NCBI GenBank assembly: GCA_043228905.1
Contig: JBHGNT010000012.1
Location: 2,046,001 to 2,110,000 of the forward strand
DNA from: Azolla caroliniana
Lineage: Eukaryota; Plantae; Polypodiophyta
Reading direction: 5' to 3'
Length of the DNA stretch: 64,000 bases
In this document: in pieces, positions 28,760 through 41,889 of the stretch
Position numbering within the stretch: position 1 is the stretch's first letter
Layout of the letters: each line of letters starts with the position of its first letter
The notes under the pieces: model-generated
What the model was told of the DNA's origin: nothing
Databases searched by the model: none
Seen by the model: only the letters and a program-made list of their open reading frames with translations
Translations under genes and position numbers: made by a program

Positions 28760-29996
28760 AGAATGACCATTGTTGATCCTTATCTAGCCCTTGATATATA
28801 TAGAGTCAATTTGCGCAGCTTATTGAATAGCATCAGTAATGGATGCTTTTCAGGCATTCGCTCACAGTTTGATCAATGGGCATTATGCATTGCAATGTGG
28901 TGATATGTGTTTTCTGGTTGTAAACAACTACAGCAGATGCTAAGGTAGTAGCCCTCAGTGTCTTTTGCTTTCTTGTTCCACATATCAAATGGATATAAAT
29001 TGGTGAAGCAATCTAACTATGCATCAGAGTGAGTAGCGATTTTTTCCGTGATGTGTCATTACTCTGCGAATTCTCAAGTGACGTTAAAATCGTCACATGC
29101 GGTGTGAATTACTTGGAGGAAAGCGAGTGTTCTCAAAAAACAAAATTTCTTATGATTAGAGGATATTAAAAAACATCATTCCAGAGTACAATTTTTTCAG
29201 AGTGCTGACAGTTGACATGCTAGAACCTGTGTTCAGAAAGAGTATCTTGAATATGAGAGTTTCGGTGTAGGGACCTTATGAGGTAAACTGTGGATTGAAT
29301 GATTTATCCAATATGTTATGTCTTAAAGATCTGTCGGATTTGTGTGGTAAGGTGGTAATTTTGTCGTTTATAATTATAATTACTAGGATGGTAACACCTT
29401 GTACAATAGTGTTTCCCATTATCAGCTCAATAATAATGGTGATTTGCATACTATCATCTAAATATTGTTATAATTTGTGAAAAGTCAGTTGAATACTTAC
29501 AATGTTTTTTTGGATTATGGTTACTATCTTCATGTAACTATATTTGAACAGATAAACTAATGTTACTTTTTGATGTTTATTGAACCACGGTGATCTTTTT
29601 CTGGAAAGTCCAGACAGATTTGCAGGATGATAGTATATTTGATTATTTTCCTAAATTGCAAAAGCAGAATGGTGCTATAACTTTTTTGCAAAGCAACCCG
29701 ATTGTTCCAGTTGGAAATGTTGCCACATCAGAAATTGGTGATGGAATTATCCCTATCAATCAGAACTATGGTTGTTTGCAGATTGTAACAGAAAGAGTTG
29801 GCCAGTACTTGAAAAACAATAAATCAAATTGAAGCACAGGGTGTTGCGACCAATGCCATCAATCCCCCCAAAATTTATTCTATCTTGAAATTGATAGAGA
29901 TTGATCAATAATTAGGGAGTAAAACCAAAATATATTAAGGCCCCCCAATGGGCCTTTTTACATTACTTTTCAAAAATTGGGTCGGTTGTCTCTAGA

Positions 29997-30571
29997 TAGC
30001 GATGGGCTTGGTTTGGTTCGGATTCTTGGCCTTGAAACCAAACCAAACCATTTATTCATAATAAAAATCGAACCAAATTATTTGAAATTGATGAAGCCAT
30101 TTAGAGTTGACCCATTTACAAAATAGGAGAAATCAAACCGCTTAATGGAAAATTTAGAACCAAACCAAGCCGGTTTATCATTAATAAAAACTAAACCAAA
30201 CCACTTTTAACAGATATTGATCATCATATGTATTATAAATTTGTGTTAGAAAATCATCATAAATTTGGTCATCATGCTTATTATAAATTTCGTCATCATA
30301 AATGGAAAGGAAACTTTGCATATAATGCATATAAAGTTTAATAAGTTAAAACCAGAGTTTAAAATTTTAGGAGTACTTTTCAACCTTTAAATCGAACCAA
30401 ATAAATTGAAACCGATAAGCCACTAAATTGTTAAACCATAAAATCCAAAACTGAAATAGAATAGTAACATTTGAAACCAAACCAAACTGTTTATTTATCT
30501 TTGAATCAATAAACCGTTAAGCCACGGTTTAATGGTTTGGTTGGTTTGAACCGAAATCGGGCCCATTGCTA
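29997..30571 (-). mobile_element. hAT-type MITE (575 bp), same family as 22518-23010, opposite orientation
   Basis: TIR TAGCGATGGGC...GCCCATTGCTA; 8-bp TSD TCTCTAGA/TCTCTAAA (1 mismatch); the reverse complement of its right end aligns with the left end of the first MITE. Confidence 0.88.
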
Positions 30572-30900
30572 TCTCTAAAACGCATTGTTAATTATGATGT
30601 CACAGTTGAGTTGAGAGAGTAGACATATAGTTTGAGAAAAGTTAAAAGATGCAAAATGCTTGGGATATTCTAATAAATGTACACATGAAATTGTTTATGG
30701 TAGTATAACATTATTCTATATAATAAATTAGAGGTAGATGGATTATTAACATCCTCAGAAGTAGATTATGATCAATTGGACTATGAGCGAAACAATTTCA
30801 TGTAGCATGTGTAGGGACTATTGATTTTCAAGAAATTTAGTTATGGAACGTTATGGTTTAGAGTGCACGTTGTGATTCTGTGTGTGTGTGTGTGTGAGAG

Positions 30901-31028
30901 AGAGATAGATAGATTATATTATCGTCTTCGAAGGTCAAATATGACCTATGAGACCAAAAATATTACATTTCACGTGATACGTGTGAAAGTGAGTAGTGAC
31001 TCTTGATGTTCAAGAACTTTACCAATGA
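30901..31028 (-). mobile_element. ~125-bp 3'-terminal fragment of the RTE-X family found at 10437-11625
   Basis: Near-identical to ~10445-10571, including the (TCTA)n tail. Confidence 0.9.
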
Positions 31029-31332
31029 GCTCGAGTAGAAGGATAGAGAGCATGAACTCGAGTTCGATTGTTGAAGGGGGAGCACTATAATGGAGTGCGA
31101 TACGTAAGACTCACGCGCATGTTCAGGGCAAAGGGAGGGGGCTCTCCACTCGTTGAATGGCTTAGATTTGTAGACCAATTGGTTCAAGGGGGTCACATCC
31201 TATACTAGCCGTGGGTATGGATAAGATTAATGGATGGTTGGATGGGTTCCGAACCTGTAAGTAGCTACGAGCGCATACAGATAGGCGGCTTTTTGGCTTG
31301 TGTTTGGCGGAGGAGGCAACGGTTGGGGCCTA

Positions 31333-31482
31333 GAGAAGACCCGAGAAGAAGAAGAAGAAGACTCGAGAAGACCCAAGAAGAAGAAGAAGATTTGAGAAGA
31401 CCCGAGAAGAAGAAGAAGAAGAAGAAGAAGAAGAATTGAGAAGACCAAAGAAGAAGCATTTAGAAGAAGAAGAAGAAGAAGA
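31333..31482. repeat. Compound repeat GAGAAGACC[C/A]..(GAA)n, 4 units
   Basis: Direct reading. Confidence 0.85.
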
Positions 31483-31703
31483 ATTGATCCATCCATCGGT
31501 TTTGAGACACAAGTATTTCTGTTGAGACCTTCAAAATAAAGAGAAACAAAAAAAAACAAAAACCCGAAAAGAAAAAGAGAGCTTCCATTTGCTTTTCTAT
31601 TCTTTTTTTGCTTTTCTTTTTCTTTTTCTTTTTGTCTGTGTGTCTGTTTCTGCTGCATCCATAGCCATCGCTTTCGCTAGCACAGAGATCGGGCGAACGA
31701 GCG

Positions 31704-31742
<39 letters not shown>

Positions 31743-31765
31743 GAGAGAGTGCAGATAGAGACGCC

Positions 31766-34700
31766 ATGGCTGCTCCTCCGCTCTACACACAGTGGCCACA
31801 AACATCCGTCGCTGAAAACGACGAGGTATTCCTCCTCCTTCTCTCTCTTCATCATCATCATCATCATCATCATCTTCTTCTTCTTCTTCTGGTTTGCTTC
31901 TTCTTGGATTACATTCCATGTGGATATGCTGAAGGAATGATCGTTCCGAGATATACTCTTTTATGAGGTTTTCTATTTAGCCATAGATTCGATGATACAA
32001 GTCATGGATCTGGTATTCGCTCACTTATACACGTTTCAATCTTGTACAACAGGGGAACTGGAAAATGAATGCTAAATAGTTCATCAGATGCTAAATTGAT
32101 GCAAAGAATACCGAGGATTTCTTTTTTCTCTGTGTTTCATTAAACGTTTGGAAGCTTTACTGTCACTTTCTCTCCCCTCTGAAAAAAAGTTTGTAACAGA
32201 TATTTATTGATAAAAGAAATGGTGATATCTGGCGTGGAATTACTTGTGTTGTGATAGAGATTTCATTCCCAGTCATGAATTCAAGGATAAATAACGTGGA
32301 TCTGGTCTCGGGGATCACTAATTTATTTGAAAACCAACAATTAGCATGACGGCAACTTTAGAAAACTGCGAAAGCATGATTCTCGATGCCTCATGATACA
32401 TATGCTTTGGTGGCTAGTTGAAAGCCTAAAACTTTAACTTGACCTAGAATGTTTGTTGTAGATGCAACTTGCTAATCTGCTTCTGCTGGTTCAAAGGGTA
32501 GGAGAATGGCACCTACTCAGCTTTGGGACTCGAATAGGGTCGAGTGAAATGGGGGAGGAGTGGGCAAGAAATCCAGGAAATTGAAAAAGTTCGATAGGGA
32601 ATAGACAGAGATACTAGTAGGAAGATCCAGAAAGAATCGCATTTATGGAGCAGAAACATTAACATACTCCTTTCTTTCAGTTTCAAACTCATTTAACAGC
32701 TATATCACATATTCAAAGTCATTTAACAATATACATTTGCTTAAAAGGAATCAGAAATTGAAGGCATTTTTCTGATCATTGGATTCTATGGTTGCGAAAC
32801 TCTGAAGAAATATTTCCCTGTGTTGCATTTATAACATTTATCAATATGTTGATGAAACAAGAGGAGAAGTTTAAAGTCGTCAACATTATTTCAAACAAAT
32901 TTCTCCTAAATAAACGGGGTATCCGCAGACGTCCATTGTGACAACAAAGCTGGGCATAACATGAGTCTTAAATATTCTTATTTATTTAAGTGAGCTTCTG
33001 TATTCCATATTTTTGAGTCAATGTCTTGTGAATTTGTTTTTAATGTATTGGCAATGCTTTCCCATAGTATGTTGGAAATCAGAATTGGTGATGTTTGTAA
33101 CAAAACAGGTCTTTTTTTGCTGATCATGCGTAACTCTTCGAGAAGTCAATGTATATTACGAATGGAATACTAATGATAAGCAATGGATATTTTGATTAAG
33201 AAAATAATGCTTTAAGGGTGCAGAACTAGATTTACCATCCCCAAGTGAAGGACAATAAATGAACATAAAATACCATCGGTGTCTCATACCACCAAAGGTT
33301 ACCTCATGTTATGACTTGGATGTTGAGCTAAGCGGTTGAAAGAGAAGACCTTTGCCTCACCAATAGTGTGTCAACAGCGTCTCACGATGGTGTACTGAGG
33401 GAGGCAGCTAAGTCCCCTTTTCATATAGCCCAACAACTAAGGCTCCTTGACCACCACATGTCCTAGGTCGTTATTGTTTTGTTTCAATTCCTAGGATAAC
33501 TGGTTTCCTAAGTATCCTACCCTTAAACCATTAATATTAGCTTTAGATTTGGTCATTAAGGTTATGCATATAAATTGCCATTCTAATATAACCGTTTTCT
33601 TGACAAATCAAAATGTTATAACTCCCATGAAAAATTAATGTTCTTCTGACTCAATGAAGCGGAATAGAATAATGATTCCATTGGCGTCACTGTAAGCTCA
33701 ACATAAAAGACCATGCCTCATTGTATATCCATTATTCCATATATATTTATCATAATAGTTTTTATAAATGATTTATTTTGAGTTTTCTTGTGTTCTCTCC
33801 TGCAACAATAGTCTGTAGCCTTATAAAACTAAAGATTTGACCATCATATTTTCTTTCTTAGGTATCTTCATCAACCTAATATGACTTTATATACATATGT
33901 ATTTACAGGTGAGAACAATATTTGTGCTTGGATTTCCACCTGATGTCAAGGAAAGAGAGCTCCTAAATTTGCTCAGATGGTGGCCAGGTTATGAAGCATC
34001 ACAAATGAATTTCAAGGGTGAACAACCTATGGGGTTTGCGCTCTTTAGTTCAGCTGCAATGGCAATGTCTGCGCGAGATGCACTTCAGGTATTTGAATGT
34101 CAGGTCTTTTTTGGTACACACCCAATTGTCTCTTTATTTTAAAGGGTGGCTATGATATCTAGGAAGTCCTAAGGGACACAGTCTCTGCTAGCTAAAAAAT
34201 GATCTCTCTTAAAGATTTAGTTCTGCTCCAGTCCATAGAGAGTACTTGAACTTTAAAGGGTGGCTATGATATCTAGGAAACCCTAAGGGACACAATTACT
34301 GCTAGTTAAAAAATGATATCTCTTAAAGATTTAGTTCTGATGCAGTCCATAGAGAGCAATTGAACTTTTAAAGTTTGTGCTGGTTCAGGTTTTTCTAGAC
34401 ATTATTTCTCATAACAATTTAGTTGCTACTGACTTCTATTATAGACGTCCACCTATTTTGGGGACTTTATTGTGGACAGACATATTTATAGATGTGTTTC
34501 ATGAATGCTGACCTTTATAGGAGATTAATTCATGGCCATTTTATTTTATTTTAGTTTCATCCAGTTGTGTATACGGATGTTTTAGGGCCTTAGAAATAAG
34601 CCACACTTATTTGCTTACATTCCAGCCCCTTTAATCTCTTAATTAGTATACTCTTGTTTTAAGCAAGTATTATCTTTGCTCACTCTAGAATTTCTAGCTC

Positions 34701-37700
34701 CCAATAAAGATTTGCCATCTCGTTTATGTTATTAGAGCTTAGACGATATGAACCTCATTTTGGGAGCTTGTTATGGATTCAATTAACTGATGGCTAGAGA
34801 TGTGAAAACATTGCATGAATTCAATTAAACACCATAGCTAGCAACCTTACTGATTTGGACTGTTTTCTTGAATATGCTGCACTCACGGCAATCCTTGTCT
34901 TAAAACTGTGAAGTATTTTTGGTGCACTTTTCAAGTTCTGTAGTTTTGGAGTTCTCACTAGTTAAACAAATGACTTTGCCCCCAAGAGTTCTAAATTCTA
35001 TAGTGTATTGCAAGTGGCTATAATGACTTTGTATGATGCATGGTATTCTGTTCTATCATGTTGCTTATCATTTGTGATGGAGATTAGAACAAAACCTCTA
35101 ATGTCTGACATAGAAAACTGATTTGGATTTGGGCTATGGTATGATTCCATGGTCTACCTCTTAAGCTATGTTTAGTATCTATGTTACAAGACTATGAGTT
35201 AGTGACAATGTTTCGCAAATAATGTACTAAAGGCATTTTTTGCCTACTTATAATATCGAACTGATCATGTTGCTTAACATACACAATGACAGCATACATT
35301 CTGTAAGGGTAAAACTATGTTTACATTCTTTTTTTGCAGAATTTAGTTTTCGATCCTGAAACAAATTCAATGTTACGGGCAGAGATGGCAAAAAAGAATC
35401 TATATGTGAAGCATGGTATGATCTTTCTTCTGGTGTGTAGAAACAGTTTACCTAGGGGACATGGTCTGATTATTATGTTGTCATAATGTTATTCTGCATA
35501 TGATGATTCACTTAGAAATAGAGCAGGGTTGCATGTAAAAAAAGTTCAAGTCTGAAGAGGTGAAAGTAGGTGTCTCTCTAAGAATTGGCTTGAGTAAGAC
35601 TTTTGTTCCAGTTAGTGTTTCCATAGGACCCCCTTATGCTACTTTCTACTGATTATTTGTACATATTTTTAGTTGATACTCGGGGAATATCTCTGTGATA
35701 GAGCCCATGGAAGCACTGGCAGGAATTGACCATCCATTTTACATAGCATGATATTATTGTTTTAATAGAATCAAAGATTCAGATATAGATAGTCTCTTCA
35801 CACACAACTGTAGTAAATTAGATTATTTGATAAGTAATGAAAGGCAATCGAAAGCATGGCTACTGCCTTACCTATGCTTCATCAATATTCTGATGGATGT
35901 CCTTGCCATATCAAGTTTCAAGTGATTGTTCTCTTGACAGACTAATAGGGTAGCAATCTTGTTTTTCCGACTAATTACGGTATCAAACACAAAACAATGA
36001 AGGATTGTGATAGTTATGCATTAAATCAGTGGGGCATGAAATGTGCACCGTTAAATTTTTTATACTTTCAAGTCACATGTCAAGCACAAGCTTTCTACAG
36101 TGAAATTTGGTTGTGCTATTTCAGGTGACACATGTCTGTACCTTTTTCATAAATATTTCTTCATTTGAACGGACTGTTTGGTGAAGGTTGACTTGAAATG
36201 TGTCTTTACCATAGTCCGTCAAACATTCATATTAATTTCAAGTCTATGTTGAAGCACATGTTCTACAATTTGTAAGCATACTATATGTTTATAACTAGTG
36301 TGTTCTTTTTTATTATCTGAAGGCTTATTTCATGTGTTCTTTTATGATTGTTGCTGGTAGTCAGCTTTTAGATGTCACATGTCTGGAAACTTTGCAATGA
36401 TTTTTGTGAGGTTATTGTAGAAAAATTACAAAATTAATTTTTGCAAATTCCAAGATTCAATTATTAATGGCTCTTTAATTAGACAATGGCCATGTCTTAA
36501 TTAGTGAAATTAGAAACAAAATTAGCAAATTATGTCTTTGCTTTTTATTTACTAATATTATAATTAGGAACCTTGACTATGAGCAAGCATATCAAGGTAA
36601 TCTTGGAAACAAACAGAGATATTTTGTTTTCAACCATGTTATAAAACAAGCCTTACTAACATAGGACGCAATCCATACTATCATTATAGAATTCTTGGTG
36701 TAAGAATCTTCTGGACATGGCCATCCACATCTCCAAAGACGCCATTGGAAACCCATGGCTAAACAATGGTGTCTCCGAGTGGTCATTCGCCTATGCAAGG
36801 TAGCTGATTTGGTAGCATCAGCCACAACAAGATCTCGCTGTCACTACGTGAATGAAAATGGCTCAGTGTGGCGGGGCTCAATGGGTTCTGATACTAGATC
36901 CCTTTGATTCATGCTTCTAACCCAAGTGTGTTTATCCAGATCATGTCAGAAAAATTGGATCACACTCTCTTATGCAGAAATGATTTGATATAGACTCAGT
37001 ACTAAGCAATTGTTTAGGTGGTTCTTGCTCCAAAGTACACATGTTGAAAGCCATCGAAAGCATGTTAGAAGCAACTGATTAAAGCATACATCACTAGATT
37101 TAGCATATGTCAAGGACTAAAACGTGGTGGACGAGGAGATTTGGGAGCCTAAATAATATAACCAAGGCAGCCTATTTAGTGAGGTGATTTTATGTCTACT
37201 ATAGACACTAAGGAGGACAAAGAGGATGATTGTTGTGAAATGTTGTTATCTTCCATCATTAATCAGATAATAAATATAATAATTAACATCTATTGTCTAC
37301 AGCAGAAGTTAAAAGGCATTTTCTAAAATTTTGAATATCTAAAACTTTGTCTACTTTCCAAATTCTTGGATTTTGTTGGTATTTCAGTCTATTTGAATCA
37401 TACAATTGATATATTTCTATGCATAAATTTACTGATTGTATTATTTATCATATCATACAGTATATGTCTTAGAACACCATAAATATCTTGTTCCCACACC
37501 ACACATATTGCATCACACAATATGACAACGTTTGCCATTTTCTCTAATTATTAGCTGTTACAGGAAATGGTGTCGACTCAGCTGGGTTTGATCAAAGTAA
37601 GAGGTTCAGAACTATTGGGGATTACTCTCAGTCTTATGCACCACCTCCTCCGTATCCTGGGTCAACTCCTGGTTGGGTTCCGCAAAGGTAAGGTACAGTG

Positions 37701-38646
37701 CGAATATCAATGATGTATTCATCATGTCTTTGTGGCTTTCGCCCCCCCCACCTTTCTTGAAGTTTCCCAGCAGGAATGTCAGGTTCAATGCACATGTATA
37801 TGTATCTGTGTGTTCATTATTAATGTTTTCTTGGCAGCTACATTCCTGCAACTGTTCCATACGATCCTTACAGTGGTTATGGAATGCAGCCAGTCCAGTC
37901 CTTTGTACAACCAATGTTGCCATCAGTATCTCCAGCTGGATATGCAGTTGTTCAGGTAGTTTGAGGAACACGTGCATGCTTTTAAGAATTAAGCACATCT
38001 TAATGCTCTTATGCATCAGAATACCAAAGATAACCCACCATGCAATACTTTGTTTGTTGGCAACCTGGGAGAATCTACAAATGAAAATGAGCTACGAGGC
38101 ATATTTAGTAGGTAAATGATATTGTATTTTACTGAAGCGTGTGTTCCTTAAAATATTAAGCTTCGTTCTTGGCATTGATATGGAGATTCTACTTGTATAT
38201 TTTAGCCAGCCTGGATTCAAACAAATGAAGGTTCTCCCACAGGCGAGGAATACTGTATGCTTCATTGAATTTCTTGTAAGTATTTACGCTTAGGTAATGG
38301 TATTTCTAAGGTACTAATGGTAGTTCCTGTAAAAGTTCAAGAATTTTTTTGAGGGGCCTTGCAGGATGTGAACAGTGCTATTGCAGTTCACAATAATTTA
38401 CAAGGGGCTGTACTAGCAAGTTCAGATCGTGGTGGCATGCGCCTACAATATCCTTTTTTTCAACAATTTGGTTGTGCATAGACATAAGCCTTTATGTTTT
38501 GGTATTGGTGGTTTGACTTAACTTTTCTTACGTATTCAAAGAATCCCTTCGGTAAGAAAAAGGACTCCGTGAACTCGTCGGATGGTGCACCAGGCGTGTC
38601 GGATACAGATGGGGTTTCTTCTAGGCCTAATAACAGAGATGATTAA
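31766..38646 (+). CDS. Two-RRM RNA-binding protein of the RBPMS/Scw1/couch-potato-like plant family
   Basis: Exons 31766-31825, 33909-34088, 35340-35415, 37564-37687, 37838-37955, 38020-38111, 38206-38275, 38365-38447, 38532-38646. RRM1 VRTIFVLGFPPDVKERELLNLLRW...MLRAEMAKKN; RRM2 NPPCNTLFVGNL...CFIEF...GGMRLQYSKNPFG. Confidence 0.9.
34138..34367. repeat. Intronic tandem duplication, 2 x ~114 bp
   Basis: TTTAAAGGGTGGCTATGATATCTAGGAA...TTGAAC occurs twice. Confidence 0.9.
38448..38531 (+). other. U12-type (minor spliceosome) AT-AC intron
   Basis: Donor ATATCCTTT, branch-like TGACTTAAC at 38514-38522, acceptor TTAC; removal restores RLQ|YSKNPFG. Confidence 0.92.
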
Positions 38647-40091
38647 AATCATGATGGTCTAAACGAGATAGAAAGGGGCGTAATTATCTTTGCTTTCTGA
38701 ATGTACTCGTTATAATATTCATGCCATTCAAGGTAGATGGTGCATTATAGGCCATGTGAAAGGTATCAGAGAAATGGGCAGTTACTAGTATCAATCATTG
38801 CACCAAGAGACCATGTGGGGAGATGCATTGGCATGCAGCAAAAGGAACATCATTAAGGAGTCATCATGATCAATCATGTTGTCATTTGCACTCCACGTAG
38901 CAATTACATTAATAGAGCAAACTGTCGCTTGCCATGATGTGCTCAACTAGTGAAACAGACTCTTATATGTCATTAGCATCTACTGCAAAGATGGCATGGT
39001 TATAAAAACATTGAAAAGCATACTGTTGCTTGTTTGGGAGTAAAAATGTGCTGCATTTGATGACGTCTTGCATAAAGAATTCTAATGTTGTCAAATCACA
39101 TTGATCTGGAAGTATGGTCTGATTCTTTTAGGTGACTGCATGAATTTCTAATTCACATTTGGGTTCAGATTGACAGGCCTAAAAGTGTGTTTTAGTGTAC
39201 CTTCCAGGTTCCTCAGCTATATTATTTTTGACAACTTAATGTGGATGTTCTCCTCTTCACCAGCTTCCGGCTCTTTGCCTTTTAGTACCAATTAGATGGA
39301 TCACCACAGCATTTTTTAGAAATGCAGCTGATTTAGAACCAGGATGGTACACTTTTATTTGTCTGAATGTCAGTTGAGGGAGAAAAGGTAAGTCTGCTCA
39401 TTTATAAATAGGATGGAGGTATTTACTGAGAAATTTGTAGGTTAGGAGCAGCAGATTTATCTATGGGATCAAATGCCAAAAAGATGAAATCAAGGACACA
39501 AATGGTGTTTCCTGATCTTATGTTTAATGTTCATCAATTTTGATACGAGCAATGTGGTGAACTAGAGTGCAAGGGAGCTTCCTAAAATCATAAGCTCAAA
39601 ATCCCATGACTCTATTTGCCATGATGCAAATACATCAACTGCTGTCAAGGTTGATCGTAGATGAATCACATCTAATACTGGTTCAGCGAAAGCTGTTATA
39701 GGTCTACATCTAACCTGTCCATTGTGATAAGGTTGATCGTTGGTTTGTGGACTTTCTAATATAGTCTTTTCTAAAGCTACCTTCTATTTCTTTGAGATTT
39801 CGCTCTTGAGAGATAATTGGTATTTGTTTGTCTTTTGTTGATTGATGGTTAGTGGTATTTTGTCTTTTGTTGATGCGTATTTTGACCACTTAATGTTTTC
39901 TAATGAGACTTCCATTTCTACTTTGTGTTAATAGAAATGCTTATTAGACTACAAATCAAGTAAATCACCAACTAATAATTTGCACAATAATTTGTTTATG
40001 TGTTAGTGGATAGTTTGGTTAAGGAAAAGGGTGACTGAACAAACACATGAAACCCCTATATATGATTTATTGGTTTTTCTTTGGGATTGGC

Positions 40092-40789
40092 TAGAACCCT
40101 AAATATGCCTGTTTTGTTAAATTTTCTTTTAATAATAGGTTAGTTTTCATCAGTGAATGTTCGACTTTCCTGTAGACATCATCTTGAACTAAAGAATTAG
40201 CTCTGTTAAAACTTTAGACATTGATCTTGCACTGTCAGCGTGCACATCATTTTAACCTGGAGCACTAGTTGATTGGTTATTGGATTTTCCCTCACCTAAA
40301 CCCTAAAATTTATGCTGATAAACAGTGACTAAATGTTCATTTTATGCCCAAATGTATAAAAATTAATTTAATGAGCTGATGATTTAAAGCCTAAAAATAT
40401 TCTTAACCCGTTTGTGAGCAGCTGAATTAGAAAAGCGAAGTAGAACCCTAAATATGCCTGTTTTGTTAAATTTTCTTTTAATAATAGGTTAGTTTTCATC
40501 AGTGAATGTTCGACTTTCCTGTAGACATCATCTTGAACTAAAGAATTAGCTCTGTTAAAACTTTAGACATTGATCTTGCACTGTCAGCGTGCACATCATT
40601 TTAACCTGGAGCACTAGTTGATTGGTTATTGGATTTTCCCTCACCTAAACCCTAAAATTTATGCTGATAAACGGTGACTAAATGTTCATTTTATGCCCAA
40701 ATGTATAAAAATTAATTTAATGAGCTGATGATTTAAAGCCTAAAAATATTCTTAACCCGTTTGTGAGTAGCTGAATTAGAAAAGCGAAG
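40092..40789. repeat. Recent tandem duplication, 2 x 349 bp
   Basis: Copies 40092-40440 and 40441-40789 differ by about 2 substitutions. Confidence 0.95.
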
Positions 40790-41407
40790 TAGATGTAATA
40801 TTTCACGCAAATAATCTATTTTTGGATTCCCTGAAGTGTAGATGTAACACTTTGACCATATCATCCATTTTCAAATAGAACAAAATATGTCATTTACATA
40901 AGCATTATTGTTGAATTACATAGCTTTCCTGCTAAGATACTGTGGGTTGCAATGCTGTTGTCCCACTCAATATCCTCATCTCAACACTATAAAATGTATG
41001 TATATGCTCTTGACGGGGAAAAAATACATATTGCCGAACCACAACTTATATTCTCATCTCAACTTATACAAAAAAGTTGGTGTATCTTTTCAATGGAAAA
41101 AAATAGATACAGCTGAATCACAATTCTTTGAACAGTAAAGAAACCCCTCCTGGATTCCTAGGAGAAGATCTTTTAGATGGATGGTCAGGCTGTCCACATC
41201 CTCCATTCATTATCTCAGTTCAAGCATTCGTACATAATTGATCTCAGTTCATGATATCTTGTTTTATTCCCTGATCACTTTAATGGGGATTCATGAGAAA
41301 ATTTCGTTTATGAATTACATTCAGGTTACAGCAGCAATCCCCCACCTTCCAATAAAAACACCTGAAAATCCTTCAATAAGGTAAAAACTAACTTCTCGAC
41401 GATAGCT

Positions 41408-41843
41408 TCAGACTATGCTTAAGCTCATGCTTTGAGGAAGGAAGAGTGCAAGCAGTTCTGGATTCTTTCCCAAGAAAGTTCTGAAGTCATCCCAATTCAC
41501 TAACCCATCTCCATCAAAGTCTAATTTCTTGCACATTTTTTGAACCTGTTTCATATAAAAAGAACATTATTTGTAAATACACATTTAGACATACACCTCA
41601 TTAAATTCAACACAGCACAAGTACCTGCAAAGGAGAAATCTCTGGAAAAACAGAGCGCAGAGTTTGATCTACCTGTGATAACATCACCATCGATAAAACA
41701 CTAAACAATCATCATCATTCCAAAGTGTTCCTATCAAGCATTCGGTTTTATATACTACACTTATTCATTAGATTATGGTTCACACCAAGTCTCAGTTGAG
41801 TGGTTCTGGATTTATGTTTGACTCCAAAACCATAGAGATTATG

Positions 41844-41889
<46 letters not shown>

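Noticed and set aside
29590-29832. 80-aa ORF downstream of katanin
   Set aside because: Non-ATG start and no recognisable family
31227-31966. Several ORFs with poly-E/D/H/F/K runs
   Set aside because: Translations of GAA, CAT and GACA microsatellites; only 31766-31825 is a supported exon
36592-36900. GC-richer, coding-like island in an intron of the RRM gene
   Set aside because: No identifiable motif, splice context or TE ends
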